Assembly (NCBI GenBank): GCA_903825355.1 | Contig: CAIKAH010000021.1 | Location: 9,273-73,272, forward strand | Direction of reading: 5' to 3' | DNA from: an uncultured bacterium | GTDB lineage: Bacteria; Babelota; Babeliae; Babelales; RVW-14 | Length of the DNA stretch: 64,000 bases | In this document: one piece after another, positions 29,825 to 36,525 of the stretch | How the letters are laid out: every line of letters starts with the position of its first letter | Position numbering within the stretch: the first letter of the stretch is position 1 | Made by a program: the position numbers and the translations under genes | The notes under the pieces: model-generated | What the model saw: only the letters and a program-made list of their open reading frames with translations | Database searches by the model: none | Told to the model about the DNA's origin: nothing

Positions 29825-30325
29825 TTAGGTTGTCTTGAGAGTTTCGGCTTTTGTTTGATAAACAGCAATAAGCTTGTGATAGGTTTCAGAGTAGGGCTTC
29901 TCATTGAGCATTCTCATTAAGAGGGCTAGTTCAAAATTAGTGCCATAGGCATAATCAGCAAAAGTAGTACGAAAAGATTGCCATCTGTCGGACAATACAA
30001 GGTCATCAGCGATGGCTTTTTTATAATTTTCAATTGCTATACGTAAGCGACGTGCTAACTCAATGCTGTTTGTTCCATTCACTAATAAAGAAGTAATGAT
30101 GTTACTTTTTTCGATAAACATAAAATGATCAGGAATAAGGGCATTACAAGCTCGAACAATGGCATCGGCATCCAGCATACTAACATCTGCATCCTGCATT
30201 AGCGCAATACTCATTTGTTGATGTTCTTCCCCTGAAAGCTGATCTTTTGAACGACGACGCCTAGCGGCATCAATGATTTGGATTGTGCTCAAGCATAGGA
30301 TGCTAAAAAGTATAAGTTTCGCCAT
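29825..30325 (-). CDS. secreted hypothetical protein (helical), possible family C relative
   Basis: 166 aa. Signal MAKLILFSILCLSTIQIIDA-AR. A downstream hairpin CCCCAAG...CTTGGGG with T-run lies at 29760-29812. Confidence 0.55.
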   Translation of the reverse strand: MAKLILFSILCLSTIQIIDAARRRRSKDQLSGEEHQQMSIALMQDADVSMLDADAIVRACNALIPDHFMFIEKSNIITSLLVNGTNSIELARRLRIAIENYKKAIADDLVLSDRWQSFRTTFADYAYGTNFELALLMRMLNEKPYSETYHKLIAVYQTKAETLKTT

Positions 30326-30609
30326 GCATTGCTCCTTTATGTGTAAGAGTTTATGTTTATGCGCTCATGCTACAAAAATTTTTAATCGATTGCACGATAA
30401 TTTTTTATTACAAGAGAGGGTTGCTGTTCTCTTGTAATAAGCGATCTAGAGGGGCTTTTTAGTGGGGTATGGCAATGACTATGTTGAGCACAATCGATTG
30501 TGCGATTGCATCAAAGAAATAGACCATTTTTTTAGATCAAAAAATGGTTAAAAATTATTTTTTGGCCATGGGGTGGGGTAGAGGAGTAATGTTTACATCA
30601 TGTATGGAG

Positions 30610-30900
30610 TTAGTTATTTCCTAGAATAATACTCTTAAGTGCAGAGATATATTGATTTAGCATATTGTGTCCAGTTGGCGTTAATTTGTAGAAAGTGCGT
30701 GGCTTATTATCTACAAAGCTTTTGTCTGCAAGCACATAGCCGTGTTCGATTAGTTCGCGCATATGTGTTGTCATATGCCCATCAGAAATATTAAGCTCCT
30801 GCTTGATGCTGTTGTAGTCACATGTGTCGCGTACAGCAAGGAGCGCGACAATTCTAGTACGGATTGGTTGGTGCAAAATACGATTTAATTCCTGAGGCAT
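30610..30900 (-). CDS. small winged-helix transcriptional regulator (ArsR/PadR-like wHTH)
   Basis: 96 aa. LHQPIRTRIVALLAVRD.CDYNSIKQELNISDGHMTTHMRELIEHGYV...KPRTFYKLTPTG is a typical wHTH layout. Confidence 0.75.
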   Translation of the reverse strand: MPQELNRILHQPIRTRIVALLAVRDTCDYNSIKQELNISDGHMTTHMRELIEHGYVLADKSFVDNKPRTFYKLTPTGHNMLNQYISALKSIILGNN

Positions 30901-30920
30901 AATTATGCTCCTACTTGGCC

Positions 30921-31634
30921 CTAGTTAATTGAATCAGGTACTACCTTTTTGTTAAGTATAATACCTATGCTGATGAACGAAAGGCCCTGGTACACAACCA
31001 AGAACATCCATAAGTGTGGGATGTGTAGTGTTGATAGCCAAACCCCGATAATACCCGCTGCGATTAAATTATAAGCATTGTAGCGTACAACAGCTGTTGT
31101 GAATTGACCGAAAAAGAGAAATAGGGTGCCAATCAGTAGTAGTATAATTGGCGAGATGAGTGCACTATAGCCAGCAAAAGCCATAACGCCTCCTGTGGCT
31201 ACCGCAATAAAGGGAAACGGCTTACCGATGTCATCAAATATTTTTTCTAGGAATGGATTTTTGCCCGTCTTGGTTGAAAAGTGACGTCCGATTAGCGCGA
31301 AGCTGGTCCAGTAAAAGAGGGTTCGCTGGATGAAGATAACAATCTGACACATGTTGGTGTTAACTAACTGTGTGATAATTGGATCGACTGAGAGGCTAAA
31401 AAGGAGCTCGAATAGGGGAATTAGTGTAATGCCCATGCCGGTAGCAATCAACAATGGCCCTGATAAAGCCGTTCTAAGATTGCGTTCGAGTACAGAAAAA
31501 ATGGTGTTTATCTGAGCTAGTGCAGTAACCCGGTCTTCTGGCCTATTATTCATTAGGGGGCCCTTTCTTAAAAGTAGAATATTGCTTAAAAATAGTACTA
31601 TTAAAACAATAGTTAATAATGTTTTATCTGTCAA
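30921..31634 (-). CDS. polytopic inner-membrane protein of unknown function (operon partner of wHTH regulator)
   Basis: 237 aa with about 6 hydrophobic helices. Lies 20 nt upstream of and co-oriented with 30610..30900. Confidence 0.6.
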   Translation of the reverse strand: MTDKTLLTIVLIVLFLSNILLLRKGPLMNNRPEDRVTALAQINTIFSVLERNLRTALSGPLLIATGMGITLIPLFELLFSLSVDPIITQLVNTNMCQIVIFIQRTLFYWTSFALIGRHFSTKTGKNPFLEKIFDDIGKPFPFIAVATGGVMAFAGYSALISPIILLLIGTLFLFFGQFTTAVVRYNAYNLIAAGIIGVWLSTLHIPHLWMFLVVYQGLSFISIGIILNKKVVPDSIN

Positions 31635-31780
31635 GCGTTCACCTCGAGAGGTTTTTTATACAAATTTGTATGAGATAAAAGCTACATTTGGTGGCACTAA
31701 TTAAGCGTTTGATGTGGGATTTGGTTGTTTTTGGTTAGAAAAGCCCCTAGCTCAACTAATTAATTGATCAAAATAAACGC

Positions 31781-31811
31781 TTGACCCTCTCGTTGCGTCA
31801 GGCCGTATGTT
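31781..31811 (+). promoter_or_regulatory. MerR-type promoter candidate with 19-bp spacer
   Basis: TTGACC (31781-86), a 19-nt spacer CTCTCGTTGCGTCAGGCCG, then TATGTT (31806-11). TGAC...GTCA dyad inside the spacer. Immediately upstream of the MerR-family gene. Confidence 0.45.
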
Positions 31812-32625
31812 CTATTTCAGTAAGGTCAATAAAGCCTCAAGTAAACGAAAGGTGGTTCCTGTGGCATATACTGTCAAAGAGTTAGCCCAAATTTCTGGTG
31901 TCAGCGTGCGCACGCTACATTTTTATGATGAAATAGGGCTGCTTAAGCCAGCTTGGTGTGGTGATAATGGCTATCGCTATTACGAGGAAGAACAGCTTCT
32001 TTTGCTGCAGCAAATTCTGTTTTACCGTGAGCTTGGCTTTGAGCTGAAACAGATTCAAGATCTTTTACGACAAAGTGATTTTGATAAAGTGGAGGCCCTT
32101 AAGTCGCATAAAAAGCTATTGCTACAGAACAAAAAACGCATGCTTGAGTTGCTTCAGACCGTTGATAAAACCATTGATAAACTAACACGAAGGGTAACTA
32201 TGCAAGATAAAGAATTGTTTGCTGGATTTGATAATAAACAACAGAAACATTACGATCAGCACGTTATTGATCGTTATGGAAGCGATGCAAAACAGGCTAT
32301 TGCACAGCGAAATACCACCATGAGCAAGTTAACGCCTGCAGAGCTTGCGCAATACAACAAAGCATATGATGATCTGATGCAGGAAATTATGCAGGTTTTT
32401 AAGAAAGGCCTAGCTACTTCTTCACCAGCGGTGCAGGAGTTGGTGCGTAAGCACTATGAATGGGAAAAACTTTTCTGGCTGCCAGATTGTGATTCGTATA
32501 AAGCGCAAGCAAAAATGACTGTAGAGTATCCTTATTTGCGGGAATATTTTGAAAACTTGCAAGTAGGGTTGGCGCAGTTTTTGGCAGAAGCTATGGTGCT
32601 TTTTGCAGATCACGAATTGAAGTAG
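31807..32625 (+). CDS. MerR-family transcriptional regulator with TipAS-like C-terminal domain
   Basis: ORF of 272 aa. HTH block YTVKELAQISGVSVRTLHFYDEIGLLKP..GYRYYEEEQLLLLQQILFYRELGF. The true start is probably the in-frame GTG at 31852 or 31861, because the candidate -10 overlaps the ATG at 31807. Confidence 0.85.
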   Translation: MFYFSKVNKASSKRKVVPVAYTVKELAQISGVSVRTLHFYDEIGLLKPAWCGDNGYRYYEEEQLLLLQQILFYRELGFELKQIQDLLRQSDFDKVEALKSHKKLLLQNKKRMLELLQTVDKTIDKLTRRVTMQDKELFAGFDNKQQKHYDQHVIDRYGSDAKQAIAQRNTTMSKLTPAELAQYNKAYDDLMQEIMQVFKKGLATSSPAVQELVRKHYEWEKLFWLPDCDSYKAQAKMTVEYPYLREYFENLQVGLAQFLAEAMVLFADHELK

Positions 32626-32632
32626 TGGATTG

Positions 32633-32658
32633 AGAGGGGTGTTTTGGACACCCCTTTG
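32633..32658 (+). terminator. hairpin terminator after MerR-family gene
   Basis: AGGGGTGT-tttgg-ACACCCCT followed by TTTG. Confidence 0.5.
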
Positions 32659-33072
32659 AAGCTATTTCCCAAATTTGCTGCTTCACCGAACTAATTTTGA
32701 TTGCTATTATCCTCAAAAATTAGTTATTAGAAAGGGCCTACAATGCGTATCAGATGTTGTGACTGTGAGCGAATTATGTATTTAGGGGAATATTTGGCGT
32801 AAGTTGGAATGTATGTTCTTGACGGGGTGGCCGAGCTTGCCAAGACAGTAATTCTTAAAGCATTCGAATGTCATTTTCTAGCACAGACGCGGAGCTGGAT
32901 GGATACCAATATGGCTGTTTATGCAAATGTTAAATTTAAAATAGAATGTCTTGATTGTAAGAAAACCGGGTGTTGGGAGCCATATCCGGAAGAGACAGAA
33001 AAAGAAAAACTGGACGTTAAAAAAATAAAAAATCAGGTAACATTGTAGGTTGATTTAGGGTAGGGGGGATTT

Positions 33073-33513
33073 GTGAAGACTTTCAAAGCTATTGCATTCA
33101 TTATATTGGCTGTCAGCGGTATTACGCAAGCTGCGGTTGATCCTGTTGCTCAGTGTGCACAGATAGGAAATGCATTTAGTACGTTTGCGAAATTATTAGA
33201 GTTAACGCAGCGTGCTGAACAAAATCAAGTTGTAGAGCCGGCCATTGTTCAATGCGCTGGCTGCAAAGAGCCAGTAGTGCGTTTTGGAGAACTTCCTGTG
33301 CTACTGCTGTGTAAGGCTTATGCTGTGATTGAAAAAGCTGATAATGGTTTGAATGCGTTGATAACAATGCAGCCATTGCTTGAGCGGTATGTAGCGCTTG
33401 CAGAAACAGGAACAAACCAAGAAAAGCAAGTTTTTGCGCTTGATGTTTGCAGGGAAATGGCCTATGTGTGTGATAGGTGTCAGAGTAGTTTATTAGAGCC
33501 TATTCCAGCTTAG
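33073..33513 (+). CDS. secreted Cys-containing helical hypothetical protein
   Basis: 146 aa from a GTG start after a G-rich RBS. Signal MKTFKAIAFIILAVSGITQA-AV. Eight Cys, including CAGC and CDRC pairs. Confidence 0.55.
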   Translation: MKTFKAIAFIILAVSGITQAAVDPVAQCAQIGNAFSTFAKLLELTQRAEQNQVVEPAIVQCAGCKEPVVRFGELPVLLLCKAYAVIEKADNGLNALITMQPLLERYVALAETGTNQEKQVFALDVCREMAYVCDRCQSSLLEPIPA

Positions 33514-33643
33514 TGCTGCTTCCTTGGCGCCTATACTGGTGCCTATATTTTTTACCCGAAAAGTCTTCCATCAACAAAGGGTTTTATCGAGTTTAACAGC
33601 AATTTATTGATTTTTAACTCATTCAACTTGCGTGAGTCTAGCA

Positions 33644-34279
33644 CTATTTTCCATGACCATATTTTTTTCTCCATTCATCTGTGTGGAAAAAAACGAGCCA
33701 TCCTGCTTCTGCTTCTGCATAGGCTGCAGGGTGTTCATGTAACAATTGTTTAAGAAATGCAAGTTTTTCTTCCAGTGAAAAGGGGGGCAAGTAACGTCCG
33801 CCTCTGCCGTCTGGTCCTTCAGGGTTTTGCCACTCCAAATTATAAATATTGCAATAAGTATCCAGAGAAATATCTAGATAGCGCATAAGCGTAAGGGGGG
33901 TAAGTTCCACATTGTTTGTAATCAAGCTTCTAAAGGAAGTTTTTCTTAAAAAGTCTTCAGAAAAAGTTGCTTCGATAATTTCTTCAGATAATGCAAATGA
34001 GTGGCAGCTAGAAACAGGTTTGACCACAATGGCTGGACAGGCTGGCTTGATTGTAATCTTTTTTTTAGCAGTGCGCGCTTGTTTGGCGTGTTCTGCATAT
34101 TGTGCAGCAAGCGTTCTATTTTGGCTGCAATCAACTTCTTCGTTGAGATAGCCTGCCGCCCAAACGGTTGCTGGGCTAAGGACATATTTTGAGACTAGTG
34201 ATGTTAGTCGTTTTCCACTAGCTGCAAGTGACATAGCGCTGCATAAGGCAAACACTACCATGAGTTGGAAAAATGGCAT
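33644..34279 (-). CDS. secreted hypothetical protein, family C member (distal copy)
   Basis: 211 aa. Signal MPFFQLMVVFALCSAMSLA-AS. FALSEEIIEATFSEDFL...LITNNVELTPLTLMRYLDISLDTYC parallels ITLTADKIK...LLANKELTPRDLVRIFDHELTTCY of 28183..28800. Confidence 0.6.
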   Translation of the reverse strand: MPFFQLMVVFALCSAMSLAASGKRLTSLVSKYVLSPATVWAAGYLNEEVDCSQNRTLAAQYAEHAKQARTAKKKITIKPACPAIVVKPVSSCHSFALSEEIIEATFSEDFLRKTSFRSLITNNVELTPLTLMRYLDISLDTYCNIYNLEWQNPEGPDGRGGRYLPPFSLEEKLAFLKQLLHEHPAAYAEAEAGWLVFFHTDEWRKKYGHGK

Positions 34280-34367
34280 AAGATTCCCCCACCTGTAAAA
34301 ATACCCTAATGACGTTCCCCAGGATTATTCTACCGCATTCAGAACAGTGTTTGCATTAGATACATAT

Positions 34368-35723
34368 TTAATCTTCGGGAAATAGATTTAAAAGCTCATA
34401 AATGTTTTTGAAAGCAGTCAGTTGACAGATGGTTTTGACCTGTTGCTGTTGCGAAACAAAAACGCGGTCCAGTCCAAATTTTTCTACTTCTTTTATGCAC
34501 ATGCCAATATGGTTAATAGCTTTTAATTGGCCGGTAAGGCTGAGCTCGCCAATAGCTACCGACCGAGCGGGGAGTGATTTCTGGAAATAGCTTGAAAGCA
34601 GTGCAATCGCAATTCCTAAGTCGGCAGAAGATTCTTTAATTTTGAAACCACCACTAACTTTGAAAAATATATCATGGGCGCTGAAGCGGATGTGTAGATA
34701 TTTTTCTAAAATGGCGGCAATAAGCACAATGCGCTTAGGGTCTATGCCAGTAACCACGCGCTGAGGCATGCCAAATTTTGATTCAACAACCAAGGCTTGG
34801 ACTTCCAGCAGCAACGGTCGGGTGCCTTCTAAACTACATACTAGTGCAGAGCCAGCTGCGCTTGAAACCTCGCTGAGCAGTTGTTGGTTGATATTCGTAA
34901 TTTCAACTAGCCCTTCTTCCTGCATTTGAAAAAAGCCAACCTCGTTGATTGCTCCAAAGCGATTTTTGACAGAACGTAAAATACGAGTATGCCAGCGATC
35001 TTCGGCTTGCAAATAAAATGCAGCGTCCACCATGTGCTCAAGCACCTTCGGGCCAGCCATTTCGCCCTCTTTGGTAATATGACCGGTAATAAGGACGGCA
35101 ATATTATTTTCTTTGGCAAAGCGCATCAGGTGAAATGCGGCTTCTCTAAGTTGGGCAATAGTGCCAGGGATAGCGCTTGATTGTAGTGATAAATGACAAT
35201 TTTGGATAGAGTCAAGGATAAGCATGGCTGGTTTTGCATGCGCTGCTGTAGCCAGAATAGTTTCCAGATTTGCTTCGTCAGAAAAACGTAGTCGACTACT
35301 AGCAACGCCAAGCCGCCGGGCACGTCCTTTGACCTGTTCTAACGACTCTTCAGAGGAAAAATAGAGTACATCAACATGCTTAGCGATAGTATTTGCAACT
35401 TGTAGTAAAAGTGTTGATTTACCAATGCCGGGGTCTCCGGTCAAAATAATAAATGAGCCAGGGAGTATTCCTCCACCAAGCACCCGATCCCACTCTTTGA
35501 TGGCAGAAAGCATGCGTTCTTGCTTGGTAGTTTGAATTTCTTCAAGCGTCATCAATCGTGCAACGCTACCTCGTGCTACGCTCACTTTGCCAGTGGTGAT
35601 GGCAGGGGAGGGGCTGTAATCAGAAAAGCTATTCCATTCTTGGCACCCAGGACAGCAGCCAGCCCATTTCGCGCTTTGGTAAGAGCAATTAGTACACGAA
35701 AATGCTATTTTGGATTTTGACAT
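34368..35723 (-). CDS. radA: DNA repair protein RadA (Sms)
   Basis: 451 aa. N-terminal zinc finger CTNCSYQSAKWAGCCPGCQEWNS, Walker A GDPGIGKST, KNRFG motif, Lon-like C-terminal domain. Confidence 0.95.
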   Translation of the reverse strand: MSKSKIAFSCTNCSYQSAKWAGCCPGCQEWNSFSDYSPSPAITTGKVSVARGSVARLMTLEEIQTTKQERMLSAIKEWDRVLGGGILPGSFIILTGDPGIGKSTLLLQVANTIAKHVDVLYFSSEESLEQVKGRARRLGVASSRLRFSDEANLETILATAAHAKPAMLILDSIQNCHLSLQSSAIPGTIAQLREAAFHLMRFAKENNIAVLITGHITKEGEMAGPKVLEHMVDAAFYLQAEDRWHTRILRSVKNRFGAINEVGFFQMQEEGLVEITNINQQLLSEVSSAAGSALVCSLEGTRPLLLEVQALVVESKFGMPQRVVTGIDPKRIVLIAAILEKYLHIRFSAHDIFFKVSGGFKIKESSADLGIAIALLSSYFQKSLPARSVAIGELSLTGQLKAINHIGMCIKEVEKFGLDRVFVSQQQQVKTICQLTAFKNIYELLNLFPED

Positions 35724-35732
35724 GCGGCCCTT

Positions 35733-35790
35733 CCCCGCTCTCTCACCCTTACTCGCGATTTATTGTTTGATAAGCTGAGGAGGAGCGGGC
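35733..35790. repeat. palindromic intergenic repeat element, copy C (compact hairpin form)
   Basis: CCCCGCTCTCTCACCCTTACTCGCGA / tttattgt / TTGATAAGCTGAGGAGGAGCGGGC. The right arm resembles the right arm of copy A (TTCGACGAGCTCAGGAAGAGCGGG), and the left arm resembles copy B (CGCTCACCCTGAGCTTG). Lies between the tdk stop and the radA start. Confidence 0.55.
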
Positions 35791-35795
35791 TCACT

Positions 35796-36437
35796 TTACA
35801 ATAATTGTTGTTCGGTTGATGGCGTAGGTGTAGGAATACGCGCGTGAGCAGATTCAACACCTGGTTTGCGAATTTTAAAACAGGTGCGACAACGTGCTTC
35901 ATATAGTTCCGATGCTCCAACAAGAACGATTGGATCGTCATAAGCAGCAGGTTGTCCATTTACTAATCGCTGCGTATGATGAGCTTCGTTGCCACAGATG
36001 ACACAAATTGCTTTGAGCTTATTAACATCATCAGCAATAGTTAGTAAGTGCGGCAGTATACCAAAGGGTTCTCCACGAAAATCAAGATCTAAGCCCGCAA
36101 CAATAACGCGCTTTCCTTGTTCAACAAGGTGTTCAATAGTCCGAATCATATGTGCACCAAAAAAGTGAATTTCATCGATGCCAATGATATCGCTTGTCTG
36201 AGCGAGGTCGAGAATCTTATCCCCGCCTGATGCCGTATCATTAATGATGAATGCAAACCGCTCTTTTCCTTCGTGCGAGACAATACAGGTAGGTGCTTTG
36301 TTGTACCGTAAATCGATGTGATGTTTAATAGTTAATACACGTTGCTTGGCATATTCTGCACGGCGTAATCGGCGCATCAGTTCTTCAGTTTTACCTGAGA
36401 ACATAGAGCCACAAATAACTTCAAGACGACCCTTCAT
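35796..36437 (-). CDS. tdk: thymidine kinase
   Basis: ORF 35796..36455; ATG at 36437 gives MKGRLEVICGSMFSGKTEEL (P-loop). Also IGIDEIHFF and zinc-ribbon cysteines CVICGNEAHHTQR...ARCRTC. The C-terminal ~20 aa run into repeat copy C. Confidence 0.93.
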   Translation of the reverse strand: MKGRLEVICGSMFSGKTEELMRRLRRAEYAKQRVLTIKHHIDLRYNKAPTCIVSHEGKERFAFIINDTASGGDKILDLAQTSDIIGIDEIHFFGAHMIRTIEHLVEQGKRVIVAGLDLDFRGEPFGILPHLLTIADDVNKLKAICVICGNEAHHTQRLVNGQPAAYDDPIVLVGASELYEARCRTCFKIRKPGVESAHARIPTPTPSTEQQLL

Positions 36438-36525
36438 GCGCGTTCCTTTGGGCAATAAAAAACTGCTGTTTATGTTTGCCGCAAGTATAGCAAGCTTTTA
36501 CGTGCGGCCAAACAAAAACATTTCA

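Noticed and set aside
30405-30440. Strong hairpin TTATTACAAGAGA/TCTCTTGTAATAA, considered as the terminator of the wHTH operon
   Set aside because: On the minus strand (the transcribed strand of that operon) the stem is followed by an A-run rather than a U-run, so it is not a canonical intrinsic terminator. It is reported instead as part of a candidate regulatory region.
32823-32900. tRNA-like fragment GGGGTGGCCGAGCTTGCCAAGA...CATTCGAATG, resembling the 5' part and T-loop of a class II tRNA
   Set aside because: No acceptor-stem complement, no anticodon stem and no paired T stem can be drawn. It is probably chance or, at most, a decayed remnant.
32809-33048. 79-aa ORF, plus the small Cys-rich peptide MRIRCCDCERIMYLGEYLA at ~32743
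   Set aside because: Neither has a convincing RBS, signal or conserved motif, and the coding potential is uncertain. They are left unannotated, although the ~410-bp gap is noted as unexplained.
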